A DNA stretch of 64,000 nucleotides from Haliotis cracherodii (Eukaryota): contig NW_027266343.1 in NCBI RefSeq assembly GCF_022045235.1, forward strand, positions 51,680,134-51,744,133. The letters run 5' to 3'. The position numbers were made by a program, and so were the translations under genes. The stretch's first letter is position 1, and every line of letters starts with the position of its first letter. Shown here in pieces: positions 37,290 through 48,310 of the stretch. A model generated the notes under the pieces. That model worked only from the letters and a program-made list of their open reading frames with translations, did not search any database and was not told the origin of the DNA.

Positions 37290-38050
37290 CTAAGACACCC
37301 ATCACCCCCTTTAACTAAAAGTATATCATGTGGCGTCCCTCACCTCCTTTAACTACAAGTATATCACGTGGCGTCCCTCACCCCCTTTAACTACAAGTAT
37401 ATCACGTGGCGTCCCTCACCCCCTTTAACTACAAGTATATCATGTGGCGTCCCTCACCCCCTTTAACTACAAGTATATCATGTGACGTCCCTCACCCCCT
37501 TTAACTACAAGTATATCATGTGGCGTCCCTCACCCCCTTTAACTACAAGTATATCATGTGGCGTCCCTCACCCCCTTTAACTACAAGTATATCATGTGGC
37601 GTCCCTCACCCCCTTTAACTACAAGTATATCATGTGGCGTCCCTCACTCCCTTTAACTACAAGTATATCTTCTGGCGTCTCTCAACCCCCTTTAACTACA
37701 AGTATATCATGTGGCGTCCCTCACCCCCTTTAACTACAAGTATGTCTTGTGGCGTCCCTCACCCCTTTTAACTACAAGTATATCTTGTGGCGTCCCTCAC
37801 CCCCTTTAACTACAAGTATATCATGTGGCGTCCATCACCCCCTTTAACTAAAAGTATATCACGTGGCGTCCCTCACCCCCTTTAACTACAAGTATATCAT
37901 GTGGCGTCCCTCACCCCCTTTAACTACAAGTTTATCTTGTGGCGTCCCTTACCCCCTTTAACTACAAGTATATCATGTGGCGTCCCTTACCCCTTTTAAC
38001 TACAAGTATATCATGTGGCGTCCCTCACCCCCTTTAACTACAAGTATAAC
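37290..38050. repeat. Satellite with a 38-bp unit (CCCCCTTTAACTACAAGTATATCATGTGGCGTCCCTCA), about 20 copies
   Basis: A period of 38 was measured between successive CCCCCTTTAA starts (37381 and 37419). Confidence 0.9.
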
Positions 38051-38417
38051 ATGTGGCTACCATCAGCAAAAGATCCAGATATAAAAAGGCACAGGAACAG
38101 GATGCAAGGCCGCATGTTCAGACTTAAAACACAATTCAATTTTTATATAATATACTTACTTTCAGTTAATTATTTTTCACAAATTATGGGATAGAAACCA
38201 ACTCTGACCGAAGAACTCACTCCTATCTTTTAATTATCAAGTCACATGATGTAAAAAGGGCTCCGCACAATGTACTGATATTTACAGTGTGCAAAGACTT
38301 AAAATTCTCCACAAGACTGACATTGGTTCAACATTTACAGATGAATTACCAACAAATGCAAATCTAAAGAATAATAAGATGCCAACAATGCATTTTTCTT
38401 GTTTTGAAGTAAGAAAG

Positions 38418-38423
38418 TTTATT
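38418..38423 (-). promoter_or_regulatory. AATAAA polyadenylation signal for the secreted-protein gene
   Basis: TTTATT on the + strand, 54 nt downstream of the TGA stop at 38477-38479 (minus strand). Confidence 0.5.
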
Positions 38424-38476
38424 GTGTCGAACTGAATCATTTTGTATATATTCAAAACGTATTAAATCTTTTTTAC

Positions 38477-38637
38477 TCACGCATCATCTTTGTTTGCGAC
38501 GTAGATGAGGGAATCACAGGGGCTGACTTTAATTGAACCACAGCAATCGTCGTTTGGCTTTTTCAGCTGTTTGTATATTTCCTCTGCAGGATCATAGACG
38601 TACAGGCCACCGGGTTCATCACAAAACACTATTCTTC
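38477..38637 (-). CDS. Novel secreted protein gene, exon 6 (terminal): (G)RIVFCDEPGGLYVYDPAEEIYKQLKKPNDDCCGSIKVSPCDSLIYVANKDDA*
   Basis: The acceptor is ctctcatacag|ga with phase 1 in. The frame is open to the TGA and an AATAAA follows downstream. Confidence 0.6.
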
Positions 38638-38642
38638 CTGTA

Positions 38643-38900
38643 TGAGAGAGTGAGTGAGTGAGTGAAATGGATTTAGCACCGCTAAAAACAGTATTCCAGC
38701 TATATCACGGCGTGTCACCTTGTTATTGGGAGAAAGCCCGAAGTGATGCAGGTCTAAGACGTTTATCACTTTGGTGAAACCCATGAGCAAGGGTATGGTG
38801 CTGACAAACATTATACATTGAAACATAATCAGAGCGGACCGGGATTCGAACTCAATTTTATAGCATGCCTAAGGGACACTACTCTGCACCGTGTCCCCTG
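38643..38900 (-). mobile_element. SINE family A copy 1 of a tandem dimer, with an internal deletion in the head. Its tail abuts the exon-6 acceptor
   Basis: The + strand reads gtgagtgagtgagtgaaatgg...cagtattccagctatatcacggcgtgtcacc...ccgggattcgaactc...ctgcaccgtgtcccctgtgtatcagag. Confidence 0.75.
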
Positions 38901-39200
38901 TGTATCAGAGTGAGTGAGTGAGTTGGGTTTTACGCCGCTTTCAACAGTATTCAAGTTATATCGCGGCATGTCAGCTTAATGTGGGAGGAAAGCCCGAAGT
39001 GATGCAGGTCTCAGACGTTTACCACATCAGTAAAACTCACGAGCACGGGGGTGGTGCTAACGAACCTAGAAACATAATCGGGGCGAACAGGGATTCGAAC
39101 CCATAATCATAGGTTTCTGGCCTGCTGAGGGGACGCAACTCTGCACAGCGAATCGCTGCGCCTTTGACGACTTGGACACCCGTGCCACCTCCCTGTGTAT
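38901..39200 (-). mobile_element. SINE family A copy 2 of the tandem dimer, full-length
   Basis: tgagtgagtgagtgagttgggttttacgccgctttcaacagtattcaagttatatcgcggcatgtcagc...gggattcgaacccataatcataggtttctgg...cttggacacccgtgccacctccctgtgtatcagag. The same 13-bp flank CTGTGTATCAGAG follows both copies. Confidence 0.8.
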
Positions 39201-39906
39201 CAGAGAAATGTAGAATAAATATATGAACCTGATTCACCTCAAAACTCTATTCTACCTGTATCAGATACATATATAGTAGCGTGTCTCCTGTAACCGTGTG
39301 TGGGTTACCAGGGTCAAGTTTGAGCAGCAATATGCTGGTTAGCATAGTACAGAACAGTCAATTAACACAATACAACTCACATATAATTTTGCTATGCTAT
39401 GTAATTGATTTAAATACATACTAGGCAAATATAAATGTGTATACGTACACACCTATCATATATATTCATGTAAATAATTACGTTGTTTTGCACTATTTAC
39501 AATCTCAAATATATCAACACGAGTGGATAAAAGTGGAAAAATTCCAAGGCTTGCCGTGGAAATTTGCCACTGTTATCATCGAGTGTTGATATATTTGATA
39601 TCAAAAGACAAGAGGGATTTTATTTATCATCCAACACCATTTTTCCAACTTTTTCAATTTGTAGACAGTAATTAGCAGTGTCTTCAGTGTAAAAAGTACT
39701 GCTAACAGCTTCAGTAGGAGAGCCATTAGTGATGTTATTTGATTGTGACGTCATGGTAAACAATAACCAGTGAAGTCACAATGGTCTGCAAAGCATTGTG
39801 ATGTAATTTCATTGCAGCGCTATCTACAGATCTCACCCAAGCGATATCTCCTGTGGGAGCAAGTTTTGGATGATAAAATATAATCAATTGTATTAATTTC
39901 ACCTAC

Positions 39907-40025
39907 CATCTTCGAGAACTACAAACTCGAGAGGCGGCTCTGAAAACTTCAGGACTTGTTCCCAGTCACCGATGCCGTTGAGTGGTTTTCGAATGATTTC
40001 CTGACCATCACTCATGTACAGGTAA
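39907..40025 (-). CDS. Novel secreted protein gene, exon 5: (G)YLYMSDGQEIIRKPLNGIGDWEQVLKFSEPPLEFVVLED, phase 2 in and phase 1 out
   Basis: The acceptor is tttttgctgcag|t and the donor is gatg|gtaggt. Confidence 0.6.
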
Positions 40026-40783
40026 CTGCAGCAAAAACAATATTGTTTCATATATTGTTTAGTAGTTTCGTTGACTTGATCCATTTTCTACCCCTCATTA
40101 TACTTAACGGTTTTAACGATTAAAGAATACACAATAAGAACACCAGCCATAAACTATTCTTTGAACATAAATGTAAATATTACAAAACGTCAACCCCCTG
40201 TCAGCTCTCCGTTACACCGTCACAACCATATATCTTGTGAATCCTGTCCTGTTCTGTTACATATAGTTTGAAACACATTTAGTTTGCATATAATACAATG
40301 ACAATATATACAGGATACAGGATGCAGTCGCCTGTATGTGTATATCTGCACTCACAACTCCCACATTATCATTATCTTCTTCGATTTTCAAGGTCACGTA
40401 ATTAAATTTATGTCCCTCTTAGTTTGAAATATACCATACTTTGATAAATTTAGGTCTGAATCCGTTGACAAATTTCCTCATGTGAGTGTGTATATTATAT
40501 ATCAAAGTCTCCCCCGATGACATAATAAAGGATTATAGACAGCAGGTAGTTTTACCAATATCATCGACAAAACTCGTTCTATTATTATAAGAAATCTCTG
40601 CTAAAATCAGAGTCCATTGTATGATTTCGACCATATAACAAGCATTTCTTAATGAATCACTATCAAATAGTGACAATACTATCATACTATCACGATAGCC
40701 ATGGTAACTGCGTACAGTTAAAGATAACGTGTACTTTCACAATACCTTGCTATTCTGCTGTCAGATGTACATACCCGCCACAA

Positions 40784-40949
40784 ATGTAAATGTTGCCAAT
40801 ATCGCCTTCATATAAGCAGAAAGGGACGAAATTATCCCCAAATCTATCGACCGTATAGATGCCATTTAGAGAATCGTCGTCGAAGGTCATGGCGACATAA
40901 ACGAGATTCTCAGCAGTACTGAAGGTAATGCCATTTGCGACTCCTGTCT
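40784..40949 (-). CDS. Novel secreted protein gene, exon 4: (E)TGVANGITFSTAENLVYVAMTFDDDSLNGIYTVDRFGDNFVPFCLYEGDIGNIYICG, phase 1 in and phase 2 out
   Basis: The acceptor is gggacctccag|ag and the donor is ggcgg|gtatgt. An alternative acceptor 7 nt downstream (acag|gagtc) is also in frame. Confidence 0.55.
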
Positions 40950-41019
40950 CTGGAGGTCCCGACAACAAATCAATGACAAATTAAGACCTATAAGGATTAA
41001 AAGCGTCAGCAATCGTCAC

Positions 41020-41880
41020 ATGAAGGGATGTATACGTGCATATATCTCATGTAAAAGTTTAACAGGGTAGTTGTAAGAATATGACAGGGTGTATACGTGC
41101 ATATATCTCATGTAAAAGTTTAACAGGGTAGTTGTAAGAATATGACAGGATGTATACGTGCATAGATCTCATGTAAAAGTTTAACAGGGTAGTTGTAAGA
41201 ATATGACAGGGTGTATACGTGCACAGATCTCATGTAAAAGTTTAACAGGGTAGTTGTAAGAATATGACAGGGTGTATACGTGCACAGATCTCATGTAAAA
41301 GTTTAACAGGGTAGTTGTAAGAATATGACAGGGTGTATACGTGCATAGATCTCATGTAAAAGTTTAACAGGGTAGTTGTAAGAATATGACAGGGTGTATA
41401 CGTGCACAGATCTCATGTAAAAGTTTAACAGGGTAGTTGTAAGAATATGACAGGGTGTATACGTGCATATATCTCATGTAAAAGTTTAACAGGGTAGTTG
41501 TAAGAATATGAGAGGGTGTATACGTGCATATATCTCATGTAAAAGTTTAACAGGATAGTTGTAAGAATATGACAGGGTGTATACGTGCACAGATCTCATG
41601 TAAAAGTTTAACAGGGTAGTTGTAAGAATATGACAGGGTGTATACGTGCATATATCTCATGTAAAAGTTTAACAGGGTAGTTGTAAGAATATGACAGGGT
41701 GTATACGTGCACAGATCTCATGTAAAAGTTTAACAGGGTAGTTGTAAGAATATGACAGGGTGTATACGTGCATATATCTCATGTAAAAGTTTAACAGGGT
41801 AGTTGTAAGAATATGACAGGGTGTATACGTGCATATATCTCATGTAAAAGTTTAACAGGATAGTTGTAAGAATATGACAG
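41020..41880. repeat. Satellite with a 61-bp unit (GTGTATACGTGCATATATCTCATGTAAAAGTTTAACAGGGTAGTTGTAAGAATATGACAGG), about 14 copies, inside intron 3 of the secreted-protein gene
   Basis: A period of 61 was measured (41031 to 41092). Copies alternate between the variants catatatc and cacagatc. Confidence 0.9.
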
Positions 41881-42191
41881 GATAAAAGCATTATCTTTCC
41901 AATTACATGTCAGAATTAGAAGTGAATAATTTCATACGATGTTACAGTTGATTGGGACAAAATGTCATTTCCTAAGATCATTAGGTGCCAGAAAGGAGGA
42001 GGGGAGATCCGAGGAGTACGTTTCCATATTAAATTTCCAAGTGTTAGAAAGACTCGACACATTGTCATACACTCAAATCATAAGTGGCTTTGACATGGGG
42101 ATGCATTGCAGGTCCGAACAGATGCATTTTCTCAACAAACAAATTGATAAGAGATTTTGAACGAATGTACATGAGACGGTCATTAACGTAC

Positions 42192-42422
42192 CACGATTCT
42201 GTGCTAAAATATAGTCCTTTCCTTTGGGCATGGGTTTACATATGAGAATAAAGAAATTGTTTCTGTAGTAATCTAATGCATAGTCGGAGTTATCGAAGGG
42301 GCTTTCCAGTGTCAATCCGTCAACACTAAAACGTGTTGTGAAGCCATTTTGAATGAAACCATTTGGATCCACCACGGCAACATCAGTTCCATTACACGAA
42401 GCGACGAACACCGCACCGGTAC
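42192..42422 (-). CDS. Novel secreted protein gene, exon 3: (R)TGAVFVASCNGTDVAVVDPNGFIQNGFTTRFSVDGLTLESPFDNSDYALDYYRNNFFILICKPMPKGKDYILAQNR, phase 1 in and phase 1 out
   Basis: The acceptor is tatatacttgaag|gt and the donor is cgtg|gtacgt. The alternative acceptor hits a stop codon. Confidence 0.6.
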
Positions 42423-43102
42423 CTTCAAGTATATAGCAACAACTTAAAGTTAACGCGACAGGGATTACATTGCGCATACAATTTTGAAACTTGATTGGAA
42501 GTAACGATTGTAAGACCATGCCCGAGTTAACAAATGGCAAATTATCTCATTAGTTAATATTTATTTGGTGTAATGACTATATTTGTTTTAACGATATTAC
42601 ACAGATTCCAGGGATCTTGTATCTTTTCCTGTCCTCTCGGGCAATCAACTGAGCCACCACGCTCAAGGTCCAGAAAAGATTCCCCAAAGCACTACACATT
42701 AAAGATTACATATTTCTATATACTTTCTAATGTCATGATTATTATATCATGAATAAAATGCTCTTGAATTGCAAAGGGCGTGTGATAGAAAGTTTAACTA
42801 CCCAGTTTTAAAACACGTGTCATGCTTTTACTTATAACTGCTGAAGTTCTCTGCACTGGTACCCTCGCCGTGTAAAACTGCATCTTTGTACTAACAGTGA
42901 CCATTTATTGTTGACTTGGTTTAATGGTGATGTTTTAATGGCCTGAATCAAACTGGCCGAATCTGCCATCTAATCTCGGTCTTAGCTCTCTGTGGACCAA
43001 GTTTTAAGTCCAATCAACAGTTAATCAGTGAATTTATCGCTTCTGGGTATATGATGTAATTGCAATGCAAGAAAATATTGTTCCTGTTTCTAAAAGACTT
43101 AC

Positions 43103-43216
43103 GGTCTGGGCAGTCATCTGGAGCGGCGGTCTTGGCGGTCTGGACTGCAGTAGAGAAAGCTTGAAGAGCAGCCAAGAAGGTGTTGACTTTTGTTTCGAAA
43201 CACCTGGGGGGGTCAC
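43103..43216 (-). CDS. Novel secreted protein gene, exon 2: (S)DPPRCFETKVNTFLAALQAFSTAVQTAKTAAPDDCPD, phase 1 in and phase 1 out
   Basis: The acceptor is atcttgcag|gt and the donor is gacc|gtaagt. The frame is fixed by the phase from exon 1 and the frame needed by exon 3. Confidence 0.6.
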
Positions 43217-43814
43217 CTGCAAGATGATAGATTTATTCTAAAATGATACTTGATTACGGAAACCCTAAATCATTACAGAATGTACAGACGCTTTACTACG
43301 TGATGTAGCATGTGAATTGTATATCGTTGCCAAATACCTGAGATTATGTCATGTCAGAACAGGTGTGATGCACGTGATGTCGGAGTAGTGATTTAATATA
43401 CGCGTAACATATATGCTGTCATTGCCACTGTAAGCAAAACAATAAAAACAACCAAATAGCCAAATGAACTTTACCAATGGAAACTTTTTTATTCTAGGTC
43501 TACCAGAGATTATTTGTGGACTCTTTTGTCAGTAGAGATATCTTATGATTATGTACATTATTTTGTCACTTAAATTATATCATTGTTGTGAAGAAGGAAT
43601 TTGGCATAGAAAACTTAGATTGTGTTTTGTGACTTTACAAATAGTTATACTTATACCACATAAATATAACATGCACAGGTTTAGATTGGATTTCGTCCGG
43701 ATGATTGTTTAATAAATAGCCTAATTGACTGCTGGTGTAGATACAGATGTGCTGAAGGTGAGTAGAGACTCATTACAGATAAATGAGTGGCATGTGAAGG
43801 ACAACGCCAATGTT

Positions 43815-44048
43815 TGAGTGAGTGAGTGAGTGAGTTGAGTTTAACGCCTCTTTTAACGTTATTCCAGTTATTTCACGGCGTGTCAGCTTAGTGCGGGAGG
43901 AAAGCCCGAAATGATGCAGGTCTCAAACCTAGAAACATAATCGGGGCGAACCGGGATTCGAACCCACAATCATAGGTTTCTGGCGTGCCCAAGGGACATA
44001 ACTCTGCACAGCGACTCGCGGCGCCTTAGACGACTGGGCCACCCGTGC
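43815..44048 (-). mobile_element. SINE family A copy with an internal deletion, in intron 1 of the secreted-protein gene
   Basis: gtgagtgagtgagtgagttgagtttaacgcctcttttaacgttattccagttatttcacggcgtgtcagcttagtgcgggaggaaagcccgaaatgatgcaggtctcaaacctagaaacataatcggggcgaaccgggattcgaaccc...gactgggccacccgtgca. Confidence 0.8.
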
Positions 44049-44847
44049 AATGTCTCCCCACGAAACTGTAGGATAAAAACTACTTGTCCTGCAGGTAAAG
44101 GTGTCCAACCCCTTTCCATATTCATAAGAAACCACCGCAAAAAAGCAGAGTCGCATGTACGAATCCGACTATTTCATGAGCATGTGTACACTATCAAATA
44201 GTAATGATAACAGGTGTTACCGGACAGGTGAGTGTATCCTAACCCAAAGGAAGCACCCATCACAAACACTTGCAAAGGCAAGTCAAGTACTCACCTGTAA
44301 AAACATGGAAATATGGTACAATTCAAAATAGGGAACTGCATCAGACACATTTGTGTCATTGTTGGAAATGTTATCTAGAAGTCTACAATATAACTTTTTG
44401 GAACTTCTACAAATGCCTTGATGGTTGTAACTCTTATCAAAGGCTGGAGCTGCCTGAATATTGATCCACATAGATGGAATATTTACTTTTGGAAAGTTGA
44501 AATCATCCCTCTTGCTACACAACTGTGGATCGTAAGGCATAGATTTATGTATAAAACAGATGATGTGGTTTCATTGGTATATTTCATTTTAAAACTCAGG
44601 TAAATCTGGGAATTCATTGTTGAAATTTGTCACTGAGATGGAATAGAGTTGACTGTAAGTATCTGCCATTTCATTGCAGTACCCCCACCGCACCCCAAAC
44701 AGCAACCCAACCCTCCCCCCCCCCCCCTTTTTTTTCATTTATTCATGTTAATTGTCCACGAATTTACATGGCCCTGTACATTGCCTGGTGGACTGGCATA
44801 CCAGGGTTTATATTTGGGTTTGAGTTGCTTAAAGCAATAATACTCAT

Positions 44848-46450
44848 CTAATTATTCAGTACACATTTATTTTTATCTGCAAGATTAACATTGTTATACT
44901 GTAGTACTTTGTATTGTATTGCTAGTTCTCTTTTAAATATTCTAAAAAGGCAGTCGGTTTCAGTTACTTTACATTTGTACACAATATACTTTGATAGCAG
45001 TAGTAAATAATTCATCAAAGTACACTCCTCTGTGCCTCCTTCTATACCATACAATACAATATCTCTGTAAGTATTATAAATCTGATTATGTACATTAACT
45101 TTCGCCCATTTAAAGAATTCTATCCAAAAGGGTAATACATTTGAACAGTGAAACATGTAATGTCTAACAGTTTCTATACTACCACAATGTTCACATACAT
45201 TACTTTCTTTAATGTTAATTCTATTTAAATACTGATTACAAGGAATGATTGAGTGTAGAATTTTCAACTGCAGTTGCTTATACTTGTTTCCAATTCTCAT
45301 GTCCTTTACAAATATTTTCTATGTAAAAACATCTTCAATAGCAACTTTGAACACATTATAGATTGTATTATACCAAAATTTACTTTTACAAGGTGTGTCA
45401 GCAAGTCTGATTCCGTTAACTTCAGGATGTGGTTCAATTTTTATAGGACCCACGTTTTGGAAACTAAACATGTTCTGCCCTATTGCCTTCCTAATAGCAT
45501 TGATATACCTACTATATTTTCTTGGTGTTATGTCAATTCCATATTTCCTAGCAATTGTTTCGCGTTGAAAGAAATCCCCATTCTTTTTAAGTAATGCCTT
45601 ATATAAATAATGCCCGCATCTTTCCATTTCGCATCAAATATACTTTTTCGATTGATTAAGATATTTTTGTTATTCCAAATTATTTCATTATAGATGTCTT
45701 CTTCTCTTTGTGCAAAAAAGGTCTCCCACAAGGATACAATTTCTTTATAGAATAATGAGATTTTTAATTTATTTTAATTTGGAGACTTGGAAGTTACAGT
45801 TAAGTAAGAATTCAAGCGAACCAATGCTTTTAAAATAATGTGCAATAGGAAGTGTCCAGATCTTCTTAGAGAAATACTTGCCGAGCCAAACTAGTTTTAA
45901 CGCTGCGTTAAAGGTCCCAAAATCTAGACCATTAATGCTACCTTCTCCTTGTTTTTGGATTAACCGATTTCTTGATAATTTTTATGACTTGCTGTTCCAA
46001 ATAAAGGTAAACAGTTCTCTTTTGATTATTTTGATTATTTTTGGTGAAAAGGAAACACAACTTGCTTGATGGACTAACCTAGAAATTCCTTCAGATTTGC
46101 TTAAAAGACAACGTCCATATATTGTTAAATTTCTACTTTTCCAGATTTTAAAACGTCTTTTAATATTTTCTTAAGGTCTTTCAATATTTTCCTCGTGACA
46201 CACCGTATCAATAGCATCTATCATTACGCCAAGAAATTTATATCTATAAATTTTCTTTATGCCAAAAGGAGGAATAAAATTGTCTTTTCTAAGTGACATT
46301 ACGACTGATTTATCTAAATTCAGTTTTAAGCCGCTGTAGGCCCTTTGATTTAAATAAAATTCCAGGGTTTTCTTGACCGATTTTTTATCTCTCAGAATGA
46401 GAGCCGAATAATCTGCATAATATATTCCTTCTATTTCTTTTTCTCCAAAT
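44848..46450 (-). mobile_element. Non-LTR retrotransposon (LINE) ORF2 3' fragment: RT C-terminal part plus zf-RVT-like domain, 5'-truncated, in the sense orientation within intron 1 of the secreted-protein gene
   Basis: Minus-strand peptides: ...GIYYADYSALILRDKKSVKKTLEFYLNQRAYSGLKLNLDKSVVMSLRKD... (RT motifs near YxDD and N.DKS); ...FWYNTIYNVFKVAIEDVF...; and ...NVCEHCGSIETVRHYMFHCSNVLPFW... (Cys/His zinc-binding motif typical of RT-associated zinc fingers). Confidence 0.65.
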
Positions 46451-46593
46451 ATTAGGCCATTAATGTTTTGATCTTTTGACTTAGAAACCCAACCCTCCCA
46501 CTGCATCTCCCCAGCACACGAACACGCTTCCCACAGACAGAAAAGGTTTAATAAGTTGCATATAACCAAAGCAAAGCTCATTATGCTACTTAC

Positions 46594-46804
46594 TCAGGCA
46601 TGGACACTGTTCGGCGATGACGTCATAAACACAATCAAAGCCGTTAATAATGTTGGTGAGACTGTCGCAGAGGTCTTGAAGCTTCTGGTTCACCCGACCT
46701 GGTACTGGACACGCTGAAGATCTTCCGTTTTGCGTTCCGGCTGAAGCTTGTTGGGCGAGGAAGGCCAGGAGGAGACACGTGAAGTAGTTGGAGGAGAACA
46801 TCAT
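46594..46804 (-). CDS. Novel secreted protein gene, exon 1: MMFSSNYFTCLLLAFLAQQASAGTQNGRSSACPVPGRVNQKLQDLCDSLTNIINGFDCVYDVIAEQCPCL, phase 1 out
   Basis: The N-terminus has a hydrophobic h-region plus AXA (QQASA|G), which is a signal peptide. The donor is CTGA|GTAAGT. Confidence 0.65.
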
Positions 46805-47552
46805 TTTGATTCTTCAACCAGCTACTGACAAATATCAAACACAGACCTCATTAATGCTGTTTGTAACTGCCCACGTGGATCGCTGATTTGCATCCAAGTC
46901 ACATGGTTGTACAGACACACGTGGCTGTGTCCATCTGGTTTCAATTGATTCAGTGAAAGAGAAGTTACACATATTTTTCTAGTGATGATTTTTAAGTAAT
47001 TCTAAAATACTGGTTACACAAACCAGCAGTTTTCTATTCTAAAATGAGGATGTTGGATATCAAAAAACAAAATCCCAGGACGATTCCAGATTATAATAGA
47101 TCCCCTTTCCGACGTGTATTTTACTTCAGAGAACTACTGACAACCACAGGTAACATCTTGTGAGAATCTGTCTGAAATGACTCACTGCTGACGGTTTGTT
47201 GGTGTCAGGATGACATATCTCTTTCTACACACCATCTGGTAGCACGTGGAGACTGTAAAACACACGTTACAGTTGTAAGACACTTTATGTAATATTAATA
47301 CGTAAATATATACAAAATACCTTTTATGACAATTCTAGAATTATTTTCAACGCACATAAATAAAACCACAAAACCCATTTCCATGGTCATAAAAGAGTGT
47401 CCGTTGTTCGATTGCATCAATATCATATGTGATATGTTAGCTTTCACTTACAATCACCATTCACACATTTCAAACAATTCACTCACATTCTGTCACTGTG
47501 TCACTCACACATACACTTTCAATATACGCGACAAAACCTTTTCCATATTCAT

Positions 47553-47720
47553 CCGGGCGGTCGGGTAGCCTAGTGGTTAAAGCGTTAGCTCGTCACGCCG
47601 AAGACCCGGGGTCGATTCCCGACATGGGTACAATGTGTGAAGCCCATTCCTGGTGTCCCCCGCCATGATATTGCTGCAATATTGCTAAAAGCGGCGTAAA
47701 ACCTCACTCACCCACTCACT
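47553..47720 (+). mobile_element. SINE family C copy with target-site duplication
   Basis: ccgggcggtcgggtagcctagtggttaaagcgttagctcgtcacgccgaagacccggggtcgattcccgacatgggtaca...gcggcgtaaaacctcactcacccactcactcc, flanked by CCATATTCAT on both sides. Confidence 0.85.
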
Positions 47721-47929
47721 CCCCATATTCATCAGAAATCTCAGCAAAATGCAGAGTCGAGTGTGCGATTCCGGCTATATCATGAACATGTGAATATGAA
47801 TCACTATCAAATAGGGATGATACCAGGTGTTCGCGAAAAGGGGATCGTATCCTACCCCACCGCTGTTACCTATCACAAACACATGCAAAGGCTTTACTGA
47901 ACCGATGCGTCAAATTTACAAATGTCCTC

Positions 47930-48310
47930 TACATGTCTGCCATAAAAGGTTTAGAAAGCTTTACTGGCGTCGTGAATGACGTAACCTTGATCAAATAGCT
48001 TCTGGACAGGAGTCGTACGATGCTCTTTGAAATCTTTGACCTGCAGGGATATTGCTCGACATGAGGAAAAGTTGGCAATTGGAAACTCGAAGTCACCCAT
48101 CTTGTCATATGGTTTGTGGAGAGTGTTTGGCCACTCTGAATCTCCATGCATAGATCTAAATATGAAACACATGAGGTGGTCTCACTGGTCTCCTTTATTT
48201 CTGGTTTAGGTTGGTAAATCAGTGGAAGTGAAATGGCTATTTGATGGTTATTGAACGATATCTGATCATCGATATACCCGAAGCTTAAGTTAAACTTCTT
48301 GGCCAAATGC
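47930..48310 (-). mobile_element. Fragment of a high-copy invertebrate ORF family (LYDKRDDF-FPIVNFPF type; probably TE-derived), frame-shifted
   Basis: Minus-strand peptides ...SYLDLCMEIQSGQTLST... and ...PYDKMGDFEFPIANF...KLFDQGYVIHDASKAF match my memory of a very abundant repeated protein family in bivalve genome annotations. A related fragment lies at 63500-63780. Confidence 0.45.

Noticed and set aside
46171-46581. The ATG at 46581 as the start of an independent LINE-encoded protein
   Set aside because: Only the C-terminal part is RT-like. The N-terminal 40 aa are intron sequence read through by chance, and the element is clearly 5'-truncated.
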